Assembly: GCA_964291285.2 (NCBI GenBank)
Contig: OZ219787.1
Coordinates: forward strand, 1,536,001 to 1,600,000
DNA from: Alphaproteobacteria bacterium
GTDB lineage: Bacteria; Pseudomonadota; Alphaproteobacteria; Bin95
DNA: 64,000 bases
Direction of reading: 5' to 3'
Positions 41,393 to 51,279 of this stretch are shown in pieces; position 1 is the first letter of the stretch, and every line of letters begins with the position of its first letter. Under the pieces are notes generated by a model, which was not told where the DNA came from, did not search any database, and saw only the letters and a list, made by a program, of their open reading frames with translations. The position numbers were made by a program, and so were the translations under genes.

Positions 41393-42169
41393 TCAGCCGC
41401 CGGCGGCGAAGGAGGAGCGGAAGGCCCAGCGGGTGGTGCGCATCTCGATGAAGGCGAACAGCGCATACATGGCGATGCCCTCGATGGCGAGCGCGATCAG
41501 CCCGGCGAAGACGAGCGGCATCTGGAAGTTCGTGCCCGCGACGCTCATCAGATAGCCGATGCCGGAATTCGCGGCGATCGTCTCGGAGACGACGGAGCCG
41601 ACGAAGGCCAGCGTGATCGCGACCTTCAGCGAACCGTAGAAATAGGGCTGGGCGCGGGGGATGCCGACCTTGAGGATGATGTCCAGCTTGCGCGCGCCCA
41701 GCGCCCTCAGCACGTCTTCCAGTTCGGGCTCCGTGGTGGCGAGGCCGGTCGCGACATTCACCACGATGGGGAAGAAGGAGATCAGGAAGGCGGTCAGGAT
41801 CGCCGGAATCTCGCCGATGCCGAACCAGATGACGAGGATCGGCACGACCGCGACCTTGGGGATGGAGTTGAAGCCGACCATGACCGGGTAGAGCCCCCGG
41901 TAGATCGCCCGCGACCAGCCGACGATCATGCCGAGGACGACGCCGAACGCGACCGCGATCGCGAAACCGGCGAGCGTCGTCCACATGGTCGCCCCCGAAT
42001 GCCGGAGCAGCGGTTTCCAGTGCGTTATCGTGGCCTCGACGATGGCGGACGGCGCCGGAAGGATAATCGGGTTGACGCCGAAGAGCTGGCAGACCGCCTC
42101 CCAGAAGACGAACAGGCCGAGCGTGAACGCGAACGGGGCCGTCCGCTCGAAGAACGACGCCGGCGTCAT
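41393..42169 (-). CDS. ABC transporter permease (NitT/TauT family)
   Basis: ILPAPS, IPKVAVVP and an EAA-like loop. Confidence 0.92.
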   Translation of the reverse strand: MTPASFFERTAPFAFTLGLFVFWEAVCQLFGVNPIILPAPSAIVEATITHWKPLLRHSGATMWTTLAGFAIAVAFGVVLGMIVGWSRAIYRGLYPVMVGFNSIPKVAVVPILVIWFGIGEIPAILTAFLISFFPIVVNVATGLATTEPELEDVLRALGARKLDIILKVGIPRAQPYFYGSLKVAITLAFVGSVVSETIAANSGIGYLMSVAGTNFQMPLVFAGLIALAIEGIAMYALFAFIEMRTTRWAFRSSFAAGG

Positions 42170-42927
42170 TGCCGGACCTCCGAGATGCGGCTGCGCAGGT
42201 CGTGCACGATATCCACGAACTCGGGCTCGAAGCAGACGTCGAGCTCGCGCGGCCGCGGCAGGTCGATGGCGCGCGAGGCCACGATCCTGCCCGGCCGCGC
42301 GCTCATGACATGGACCGTGTCGGCGAGAAACGCGGCTTCGCGCAGATCGTGCGTGACCAGAACCACGGTGAAGCCGATCCGCGCCCAGAGGTCGCGCAGC
42401 ACGCACCAGAGCTCCTCGCGCGTGAAGGCGTCGAGGGCCGCGAACGGCTCGTCCAGCATCAGCAGCGCCGGCTCGTGGATGAGCGCGCGGCAGAGCGAGG
42501 TCCGCTGCTGCATCCCTCCCGAAAGCTCCCAGGGAAAGCGCTCGGCGAAGCCGTCGAGGCCGACCAGCGCCAGCAGCCTGTCCGCGCGTTCGGCGTATTC
42601 CGCCCTGTTCCTGCGGAAGCGCCGGCGGTGCGGCTCGACGATCTCCAGCGGCAGCAGGACATTGTCCCGGATGGTCCGCCAGGGCAGCAGGTTCGCGTTC
42701 TGGAACGCCATGCCGGCGATCTTGACGGGCCCCTCCACGGCGGCCCCGTCCACCGCTATGCGTCCCGCGGTCGGCCTGACCAGCCCGGTGGCGAGCTTCA
42801 TCAGCGTGGACTTGCCGCACCCCGAAGGGCCGACCACGGCGGCGAAGGCGCCGCGCCCGACATTCAGGTCCAGCCCCTGGACCGCGGTGACGCCGCCGCC
42901 GGAGGCGCCCGCATAGGTGAGGGTCAC
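42166..42927 (-). CDS. ABC transporter ATP-binding protein (NitT/TauT family)
   Basis: GPSGCGKST, LSGGMQQR and LDEPF motifs. The true start may be ATC at 42945. Confidence 0.93.
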   Translation of the reverse strand: MTLTYAGASGGGVTAVQGLDLNVGRGAFAAVVGPSGCGKSTLMKLATGLVRPTAGRIAVDGAAVEGPVKIAGMAFQNANLLPWRTIRDNVLLPLEIVEPHRRRFRRNRAEYAERADRLLALVGLDGFAERFPWELSGGMQQRTSLCRALIHEPALLMLDEPFAALDAFTREELWCVLRDLWARIGFTVVLVTHDLREAAFLADTVHVMSARPGRIVASRAIDLPRPRELDVCFEPEFVDIVHDLRSRISEVRQ

Positions 42928-42982
42928 GTCCTCGACAATGACGATGGCGCGTCCTCCCCCTTGGCGGGCGTCCGGTCAGGCG

Positions 42983-43037
42983 CTAAAGCCGGCGGTCCGC
43001 CGCGGGAGGCAGATAGGACGAATCGAAGACCGCCGAG
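42983..43037 (-). pseudogene. Detached 3' end of the ABC substrate-binding gene (SAVFDSSYLPPAADRRL*)
   Basis: Joins in frame to ...FTNRPEP at 51293 across a shared GAG. Confidence 0.85.
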
Positions 43038-43156
43038 CGCACCGGTGGGTGCTAACTATCTGACATGGCGTTGTTTTTTCTCCCGAAATGCAGCGGTCGG
43101 GCAAGCGGGTCGCAAGGGCCCGTTCCCCGGCTGCAACCGGAGCCGGGAGAAACGCA

Positions 43157-44281
43157 ATGGCGAAGACTACCCTCACCGAGGTCCGCGTGAAGGCGCTCAA
43201 ACCCCGCAGGTCCGTCCGCGAGGTCCGCGACGGCAGGCTCAGGGGGTTCGGCGTCCGTGTGTCGCCCTCGGGCCGCAAGCAGTTCTTCATTCACTGCCAG
43301 CATCGCGGCGTGCGCATCTGGAAGATCGTCGGCGACGCCGGGTCGATGAGCGTCACGGACGCGCGGGCGGCGGCTGCGGAGATGCTTGCCGTCATCAGGC
43401 GCGGCGGGGAGGCGCCGCTCACGCCGGGCGAGACGCTCTTCGAGGCCGTAGCCGGGATCGCGTTCCGCCGTCACGAGGGCGTCTGGAAGCCCGGAACGAT
43501 GATCGTGAACCGCAACTATCTGTGCAACCAGCTTCTGCCGCATTTCGCCGGGCGGCAGATCGCGGATATCGACCGGCAGGAGGTGAGGAACTGGTTCGCC
43601 CGCCTGCGCGCGACGCCGGTGGCGGCGGACCGGTCGATGCCGGTGCTGTCCGTCATCATGAGGGAGGCGGAGGCCATGGGCCTGCGCCCGGAAGGGTCCA
43701 ATCCCTGCCGGGGGATAAAGCGTTACCGCCGCAAGGGCCGCGAGCGGTTCCTCCCGGACGAGGAAATCCGCCGCCTGTCCGGGAGGCTCAAGGCGCATGA
43801 GGCCCGCTGGCCGCAGCATGTCGCCGTCATCCGCCTGCTGCTGCTCACGGGATGCCGCAAGGGCGAGATCCTCACCCTGCAATGGTCCGACTACCGGGAA
43901 GGCCGCCTGTTTCTCCGCGACTCCAAGACGGGGCCGAGGACAGTCTGGCTGTCGGAGCCGGCCCGGGCGGTGCTTGATCGTCTCGAGCGGAAGGGACGGT
44001 GGATACTCCCGGCATCGAGGGGCGACCGGCCCCGGAGCGGGTGCTGGCTGTTCCACTTCTGGAACCGGGTCCGCGCCGAGGCGGACCTGGAGGACGCCCG
44101 CCTTCACGATTTGCGCCATACGCATGCGAGCCTTGCCCTCAGGCAGGGCGAGACGGTGCTCGCCATCGGCAAGCTGCTGGGCCACCGCAGGCCGGAAACC
44201 ACGCTGAAATATACCCATGTCGCCGACGCCATGGTGCAGGACGCAGCCGAGACGGTCGGCGCCGTGCTGGAGGCAGACTGA
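43157..44281 (+). CDS. Tyrosine recombinase/integrase (first of pair, element 2)
   Basis: LLTGCRKGEI, HDLRH, LGH and KYTH motifs; paralogue of 9900-11027. Confidence 0.95.
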   Translation: MAKTTLTEVRVKALKPRRSVREVRDGRLRGFGVRVSPSGRKQFFIHCQHRGVRIWKIVGDAGSMSVTDARAAAAEMLAVIRRGGEAPLTPGETLFEAVAGIAFRRHEGVWKPGTMIVNRNYLCNQLLPHFAGRQIADIDRQEVRNWFARLRATPVAADRSMPVLSVIMREAEAMGLRPEGSNPCRGIKRYRRKGRERFLPDEEIRRLSGRLKAHEARWPQHVAVIRLLLLTGCRKGEILTLQWSDYREGRLFLRDSKTGPRTVWLSEPARAVLDRLERKGRWILPASRGDRPRSGCWLFHFWNRVRAEADLEDARLHDLRHTHASLALRQGETVLAIGKLLGHRRPETTLKYTHVADAMVQDAAETVGAVLEAD

Positions 44282-45426
44282 TGGCGGGCCGGGAACGGAT
44301 GAAACTCACCGACGCCGCCGTCGCCCGTCTCCGCCCCCGCGAGCGGGAATATACGGTCTGGGACACGCGCATCGCCGGTCTCGGCGTCCGGGTGCGGCCC
44401 ACCGGCGGGCGCAGCTGGGTGCTGCTGCTCGACAGGGGCGGGCGCACCAGGCGCATCTCGCTCGGCCCGGTCGGCGTGAAGAGCCTGGAGGAGGTTCGCA
44501 GGGAATGCCATGCCCGCAAGGCGAACCCCGAGCCGGAGAAAGAGGCCCGGCCGGCGCAGCCGGTCCCGCTGTTCCGGGATTTCGTCGCCGGTCCATGGAA
44601 GGAGGCGCATTTCGACGGCTACAAGCCCTCGACGCAGAGGACCGCCCGCTATCAGCTTGCGGGCCAGCTCCTGCCGGCATTCGGATCGAAGCCGCTGGAC
44701 CGCATCGGCGAGGCCGCCATCCGGCGCTGGTTCGAGCGATACAGCCGCACCTTGCCGGGCAACGCCAATCCCTGCCTTGCCCGTCTGCGGCAGATACTCA
44801 ACTTCGCCCTCGCCTGCGGCCACATCGAGGTCAATCCCGTCGGGCGCATCGCCCCGAACCGCCGCACGGCGCTCACGCGGTTCCTGTCCCGGGAGGAACT
44901 CGCACGCCTCCATGCCGCCCTGGACGCGCAGACCCGGAAGAGCGCGCGGCAGCAGGCCGACATCGTCCGCCTCCTGCTGCTGACCGGCTGCCGCAGAAGC
45001 GAGATCACGGGCCTCGGCTGGTCGGAAGTCCGCGAGGACGGGCTGGCGCTCACCGATGCCAAGACCGGACCGAGGACGGTCCCGCTCGGCAGCCGGGCCC
45101 GGGCCATTCTCGACCGGCAGCCGCGCACGGGCAGCGCGTTCGTGTTTCCCTCGCCGCGCGACCCCGCCCGCCCGCGCAGCCCGGACCTGCCGCTCTGGTA
45201 TCGGGTGCGCCGCGAAGCCGGCATCGGGGATGTCCGCCTTCATGACCTGCGCCATACCATGGCCAGCCATGCGGTCATGAACGGCGTGCCGGTCCCGGTG
45301 GTCTCCCGCCTGCTCGGCCATTCCGATGTTCGCATGACGCTGCGCTACGCCCATCTCGCCGACCGCGACATCGAAGCCGCCGCGGATCGCGTCGGGCAGG
45401 CCATGAGCGCCATCATGGAGACATGA
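44281..45426 (+). CDS. Tyrosine recombinase/integrase (second of pair, element 2)
   Basis: LLTGCRRSEI, HDLRH, LGH and RYAH motifs; TGATG coupling; paralogue of 8728-9903. Confidence 0.95.
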   Translation: MAGRERMKLTDAAVARLRPREREYTVWDTRIAGLGVRVRPTGGRSWVLLLDRGGRTRRISLGPVGVKSLEEVRRECHARKANPEPEKEARPAQPVPLFRDFVAGPWKEAHFDGYKPSTQRTARYQLAGQLLPAFGSKPLDRIGEAAIRRWFERYSRTLPGNANPCLARLRQILNFALACGHIEVNPVGRIAPNRRTALTRFLSREELARLHAALDAQTRKSARQQADIVRLLLLTGCRRSEITGLGWSEVREDGLALTDAKTGPRTVPLGSRARAILDRQPRTGSAFVFPSPRDPARPRSPDLPLWYRVRREAGIGDVRLHDLRHTMASHAVMNGVPVPVVSRLLGHSDVRMTLRYAHLADRDIEAAADRVGQAMSAIMET

Positions 45427-45531
45427 CCGGGGCGGCCGCGGCAGACCCGCTTCTTCATGAGCGGATGGCGCCGGTCTTCTTCCTGCGCCGCACCCGGCGA
45501 CGGTGAGGTTCCCTGCTATCGTCGTGTCCGG

Positions 45532-46782
45532 TCAGAACTGTCGCACGAAGGAGAGTTCGGCGCGGTTGCGGTCGTAGTCGAGGGCCTGGGCGTTGGTATC
45601 GCGCTCCTCGCGGATGAGCGAGAGGCGGGGGCTGAAGCCGAGCACGGTGACGGCGCGGTTGTGCACGGAGAACGAGAGGGTGCGCGTCTCGTCCCGGCGC
45701 GGCCTGCGGTCGATGGTGTTGTGGGCGAAGCCCTGTCCCTGGTATGCGGCGCGCTGCAGGGAGGCGCGCAGGCCAAGGGTGAAGCCGGCCGGCAGCGCGA
45801 GCGTCGCGCCGAGGCCGGCCCGGGGTCCGCGGTTGCGCCAGTGTCCGGCATTGGCGCGGGTCCAGTTGTATCCGGCATGGCCGCCGAGGCGCAGGATCGG
45901 CAGGGCGGCCCAGCTTGCGCCGAGCGTCGCATCGCCCGCCGGGCCGTCGAGCCAGTTGCAGCCGCGGCAGTTGCGCCGGGTGGCGCTGGCGCGGGCGAAC
46001 AGGGCGAGGCGCGGCGTCAGGCGGTGCGCGCCTTCCAGCCGGACGCCGAAGCGGTCGGTCTCGGGCCGCCCGGCGGTCCATTGCCGGTCCACCACCGCCA
46101 GCAGGCTCGCCTCCGTGTTCTCGTCGATCAGCCGGCGCGGGCCGATATGGGCCGAGAGCGAATGGCGGTCGAACGCCCCGCCCTTGTATTCCCGCGCGCT
46201 GGCGTCCGCCCCGGCGCGCAGCCGCAGAGCCGGCGACAACGGAACCTGGTATTCGCCGCCGCCCCACATGGAGACGCCGATGCCCGACTTGCGCGACACG
46301 TCGCCGTCGAGGGTGAAGGGCAGGCGCCCGAACGGCGTGTCGAGGAAGACCGTGCGCTCCCCCGACGCGGCGTTGAGGTTGCTGTCGGGCGCCACCGCCA
46401 GGCCGAAATGCGCCTCCCAGCGCCGCCGCGCGCGCATGATGTCGAGAAAGCGCCGGATGTTGGCGGCCACCGCCGGCGGCGGCGTCCCCGCCAGCACCTG
46501 TTCGAAATGCCGCCGCGCCAGGCTGTCCTCCTCCTTCAGGAAGAAGGCGTGCGCGAGTTCCAGACGCACACGCACCAGGTCCGGGCGGTCCACCAGGATG
46601 GCCCGGAACGCCGCGATCGCCTCGTCGAGCTTCCCGTCGCGGGCCTCCCGGTCCGCGGCGGCCTGCGCGGCGGCAAGCGCCTCCATGCCCGCCCGGAACC
46701 GCTCGCCGGTCGCGTCCTGGCCGTGGGCCGCGGCGGCGAACAGATACAGCCCGGCGGCAATGACGAGAGCGGGTATGCGCAT
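45532..46782 (-). CDS. Slam/DUF560-like surface lipoprotein translocon (TPR plus beta-barrel)
   Basis: Signal peptide, PDLVRVRLELA TPR, PDSNLN and C-terminal SFVRQF. Confidence 0.82.
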   Translation of the reverse strand: MRIPALVIAAGLYLFAAAAHGQDATGERFRAGMEALAAAQAAADREARDGKLDEAIAAFRAILVDRPDLVRVRLELAHAFFLKEEDSLARRHFEQVLAGTPPPAVAANIRRFLDIMRARRRWEAHFGLAVAPDSNLNAASGERTVFLDTPFGRLPFTLDGDVSRKSGIGVSMWGGGEYQVPLSPALRLRAGADASAREYKGGAFDRHSLSAHIGPRRLIDENTEASLLAVVDRQWTAGRPETDRFGVRLEGAHRLTPRLALFARASATRRNCRGCNWLDGPAGDATLGASWAALPILRLGGHAGYNWTRANAGHWRNRGPRAGLGATLALPAGFTLGLRASLQRAAYQGQGFAHNTIDRRPRRDETRTLSFSVHNRAVTVLGFSPRLSLIREERDTNAQALDYDRNRAELSFVRQF

Positions 46783-46898
46783 GAAAACCCCTGTCCGTGC
46801 AAAGGGAACCTCCGGCCGCCCGGAGGGCGCCGGAGGAAAGAAGGCCCCGGCCGCGCGAAGCGGCCGGGGCCCGGGAACGCGGAGGCTACGGGAGCCGG

Positions 46899-48624
46899 CT
46901 ATTCTGCCGTCTCCGTCTTCATCCTCGTTGCGAAGGTGCCGGCAGCGTGCCCGTTCGCGAAATGGGCGTTGAACGTGCCGATCGCGCCGGGCGGACGCCC
47001 CACGCCGTCCTGGCTGTAGGTTTCAGCCTGCCACACGCCGGCCTGAGGCACTTCGCCGCCGAAAAGGGCACCACCCTGGGCAACGCCCTCGTCAAAGGAG
47101 CCTTGGCCGGCGGAGCTGGACTCCTTCTCCTGGAGCGTAACGACCCAGTCCTCGTGAACGGCATACCCCATGAAGTTGTCGATCTTTCCTCCCATTTTGG
47201 TTTTGGCGGCGCCAACCTCGAACGTCGCGTTGAGCGTTACATCCGCCGTGAACTGTCCCGACTTCTGCCCCGTGTGCTCGCCGGCGGTGTAGGTCTTCAG
47301 CACCGACAGGCCCAGGGCCTCGCCCTCGTAGGTGGCGGTCTTGGCGAGCCCGGCCTTCTCGGTGACATCCCCAGAATAGCCGGTGGGGGCGTGGGCGAAG
47401 AGACGAATCCCGAAATCCCCGCCGGTCTCATACAGCCAGTACCCGTAGCGGGCATAAGCAACGTACGCCGTGTAGTGGGAGTTGCCCAACTTCTTCTGGT
47501 AGTAGAGCGAGCTGTCGGGGACCTCTTCCCCGGCCTTCTGGAAATACAGCGAACCCGTCAGATTGCCGCCATCGACAGAGCAGGTGTCCTGGCAATGCAG
47601 CGTCCCCTTGACCCCCATGTAATGGGTATCGGCCTTGTTGTTGGTGAATGTGGGAAGCGCGGTCACGGCCGTTCCACCGCTGCCGGTGAGTACGGAAAGG
47701 GGCATCCCGGCAAGGGGCAGGACATCGACATCCATGTTGTCGGTGCCGAAGGCCTTCTTCACCAGGTTATCCGCTCCGGCGATCTGCTCCCAGGTCATGG
47801 CGTCGTCCGGGAGGCCGCGCAGGTCATACTTGTGATAGTAGATGGAGCGGCCATCGTTCTTGTCTGTGGCCGTGGAGCCGCGGACAACCTTCGTCGGTAT
47901 CTTGCCGATAAGATCGTCGATATTGCTCGCCCTCCGAAGCCACCGGGCCTCGACCTTAGCCAAGCCGTTGCTATCGGTTCGAGGCTGCAGTATGTAGAGA
48001 ACCCCCCCGTGCGCCAGCGAAGTTGCCCCGGGTCCCGTCGGCGGCGCCAGTGAGGTCGCCAGCGGGGGTTTCGCCGCTGAGGCTCTTGAGTTTCGCCTCG
48101 GTATCACGCCTCCCGGCACGATCGGTAACCGTTTTGAGATACCCCTCGATGAGCTTGATCTGCGCTTCCACGTCCTTGATCCGCTGATCGACCACCTTCT
48201 TCTGCGCCGCGAGGCCGGGCGTGCCCGACACGGCGTTCAGGTCCGTCTGCGCCTTCTTGGCGTCCGTCAGCGCCTGCTTGGCGTCCGCCAGCGCCTTCTC
48301 AGTCGCCGCCTTCGCGGCCATGATGGCCGCGGCGTTGGTTGCCATTACCCCGCTGTCGGCGCCGGTGGTGTAGACGTCAGTCCTGTTCAGCTCAGTGGAC
48401 TCGTCACGCTGCATCTTGGCCGTTTTCGCGGCATCCTCCGCCGCCTTTTCGGCTGCCGCAGCGGCGTCGTAGGCCGCCTGCGCCTTTTCGACCGGCGTCT
48501 TCTCCATCTGCTGGTCGCCGCCCATCGCCGTGGACGGCTTCTTGGACCCGCCGCCTCCGCAGGCTGCGAGCGCCAGGCCCGCAGCGGCCATCGCCGCCAG
48601 AGCCACATGTCTCATGGTTCTCAT
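46899..48624 (-). pseudogene. Surface lipoprotein with TbpB-like C-terminal barrel, frameshifted (likely at G7, 48002-48008)
   Basis: Lipobox LALAAC-GGGG. C-terminal ATYEGEALG, FTADVTLNATF and GTFNAHF...GTF. One extra base separates the two frames. Confidence 0.75.
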
Positions 48625-48706
48625 CGAACCCTTCTCCTTCCTTCTCTCAAGCCCGGACAGACCGGGCAAACCGTTTGAACCGTTCCTTCGTCGCGCGAAC
48701 CGCAGG

Positions 48707-49888
48707 TCAGAAGCTCAGCGTGATGCCGGTCACGAACCCGGCGCCCTCGACATTGCTGCCGGCGGCATTTTTGCCGGTGCTGGGCGCAGGCTTGCCTCTT
48801 TCCGCCGACGGCACGCCGAAATCGTACTTGCCGGGCATCGTGCCGCGGTCCCTCTCGGCCATGAACAGCGAGCTTCTCCAGGCGATGCCCGGCGCCAGCA
48901 TGTAGCTCGCCGAAAACAGGCCGCCCGACTGCTCCGTGCCGTCGTCGGCCTCGGTCATCGTGCCGCTCAGGCTCACCGCCAGCGCGCCCTCCGAATACAT
49001 CACACCGGCGGCCACGACCTCGACATCATCCGAGGAGTCCGTCTTCATCCCGTCGTCCGCCGTGGCATAGGCGACATCGAAGCTGAACGCCCCCATGCCC
49101 ACCTGCAGGCCGGCATTCGTGAAGGTGTAGTCGTCGTCCATCTGGCTCTTCTGGTAGTGGCCCGCAGAGAACGCCAGGTTCATGTTGCCGAAATCGCCCT
49201 TGTAGTTGCCGGCGACCGACCAGGCGTCCATGTCGTTGTTCTTCACATTGCCGCCACGGCCTTCCTGCCCGGTGTTCGGGATGTAGCTCACGGCCATCTG
49301 CGCGCCGTTCACCCGCGGCGTGAAGTAGCTCACCAGGTTCCTGTCGCCGAGGCCGTGGCCCGCGGTCCCCAGGCCGGAGGGCCCGCACTCGTTGATGCCG
49401 TTGATCCATCTGCCCATGTCGCCGCAGACCATGCCGAAACCGGCATCCCGCACGCCCATGTGGGTGAGAACCACCGCGCTGTCCTCGGCTCCCAGCGTGA
49501 TCTGACCGAACTCGCCGCCAACCGTCACCTGCGACTCGTCGATCATCGAACCCGACTGACTGTTGCCCTCGAGCTCCACCTTCACCGAGAAGGTCATGCC
49601 GTTGTCGGCGTCCAGCTTGCCCTTGAAGAAGATCTCGCTGTCCGACTGCTGGGCAACGCCGCCCTCTTTCATCGCGTCCGCCTCGTCGTCCACATCGACC
49701 ATCCCGAACCACTGCTGCATGTAGCCGCCGACGCCCACGCTCAGCATCTCCGCCGCAGACGCGGGACCCGCCGCAAGCGCGAGACCCGAGGCCGCAAGAA
49801 GAACCTTGCCCGTGAAGCCCCGCGCACGGCATCCGCCATGCAGCCTGCCGTCCCCCGGCCATGCCGGGCCATGTCCTGTTGTCGTCAT
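48707..49888 (-). CDS. Gram-negative porin
   Basis: Signal peptide; DSEIFFKG, VELEG and SYFTPR motifs; terminal Phe. Confidence 0.88.
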   Translation of the reverse strand: MTTTGHGPAWPGDGRLHGGCRARGFTGKVLLAASGLALAAGPASAAEMLSVGVGGYMQQWFGMVDVDDEADAMKEGGVAQQSDSEIFFKGKLDADNGMTFSVKVELEGNSQSGSMIDESQVTVGGEFGQITLGAEDSAVVLTHMGVRDAGFGMVCGDMGRWINGINECGPSGLGTAGHGLGDRNLVSYFTPRVNGAQMAVSYIPNTGQEGRGGNVKNNDMDAWSVAGNYKGDFGNMNLAFSAGHYQKSQMDDDYTFTNAGLQVGMGAFSFDVAYATADDGMKTDSSDDVEVVAAGVMYSEGALAVSLSGTMTEADDGTEQSGGLFSASYMLAPGIAWRSSLFMAERDRGTMPGKYDFGVPSAERGKPAPSTGKNAAGSNVEGAGFVTGITLSF

Positions 49889-50229
49889 CGTCTCGTCTCC
49901 TTCAGGTGAAAGCCCGTCCGCAGCGCCCGTCGACCGCCGCACGCCGGAGAAGGCGCACGACGGGGCGGCAGGTCACCGGGGACGGGAGGTGAAGCCGCGG
50001 CCCCGGAAAGGCCGCGGCAGAAAGCGTGCCGGGGAAAGCCGGGCCGCCCGCAAGGCGGTCATGCCGCAAGCGCGGCGGGCGCGCTCCCCGGCAACGTATC
50101 CATCTGCACGCGCCCGGCGATCCTCCGCAGAGGACGCACGGGCGGGAAACACGGAAGTCAGGCGGGAGCCGCTCTCCCGAAAGCGAACCAGCAGACCGGC
50201 GCCAAAAGCCCGCATATGAAAGACATGAA

Positions 50230-50278
50230 GAGGCGCGAGGCGCGAGGCGCGAGGCGCGAGGCGCGAGGCGCGAGGCGC
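50230..50278. repeat. Tandem heptamer repeat (GAGGCGC)x7
   Basis: Seven perfect copies read directly from the sequence. Confidence 0.97.
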
Positions 50279-51279
50279 ATTCTACACCGTGTTCGAGCCG
50301 CTGAAGTCAAGTCCGGATACACCCGCCGCTGAGATGGCCCGGAACCTCTAACCCGGCCGCACGACACCGCACAAGCTCCCGGACCAACCCGAACGCCGAT
50401 TTTACCGGCCTGTTGCATCCGTGCAACAGTCAGCCGCCGACAGGCCCCCGCAAACCGACGCGCGCCCATCGACGACCGGCAGGCGCGGCTTTCTCCACCG
50501 GCGTGCAATGGAACGCAACAGAGCGTCCGCTGCCGCGTCTTCCCCACTCCAGGCCCGCCGCCGCCGCCAGCGGCGCATCGACAAATGCGCCGCCCTCCCC
50601 CGGGTCTCGTCCCCGCTCTCCCGGTTCGCCATCCGCCGCCGCTCGATCCGCGACAGGACCGCCGCCTCCCGCAGCACCCGGAGCAGAAGGTTCGTTGACG
50701 GACCCGCCGCCCCGCGCCTCCACCGGGCCGGCGAGCCGGTGCGCGGTGCAGCGGAAGACCGTCATGCCGGAACGATGTAGCGCGATATTTCCATGACCGC
50801 CTCGTCGGCAAGCTCCCTGATACGCGCCCACTCGTTCGCGGTCGCCATCACCGCATGCTGGGTGCGTGCGTGCGGCGGCCCCCCAGGGACCGGCTCATGA
50901 CGACGCCCCCGGACCTGCCGCAGCCATCAGAATTCCGTATTTTACTGGCAAGAAAGCTTGTATTTCTCCTGTATGAATTATGGTATTTATCCTCTCAAGA
51001 GGTGATTCAGTGCATCATCGCCATGATCCTGACTGTCTTCACATCAGGAGGGCGCTCATGCATGGAGCTATCCTCCATGCCCCCCTGAGCACAACGCATT
51101 GTCCCCATTCACTTCCCCCAGTGCCATTATCGCCTCCACGACCTCCCTGTAGGTCAATTCCGATTTCCTGCCATTGCCTCTTGTCATACCCGGAAATATC
51201 CAGTATCCAGGCCTCCTTCATGGGAGGAATGCGACCCTCTGTCAGATAGTGCCCTAACATAAAAAATCTCATTCGAGAT

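Noticed and set aside
50230-50278. Possible CRISPR array
   Set aside because: A simple heptamer tandem repeat without spacers; no cas genes or repeat-spacer arrays were seen in the window.
50400-51240. Short ORFs near the right end of element 2
   Set aside because: No recognisable motifs and overlapping low-complexity frames; treated as non-coding.
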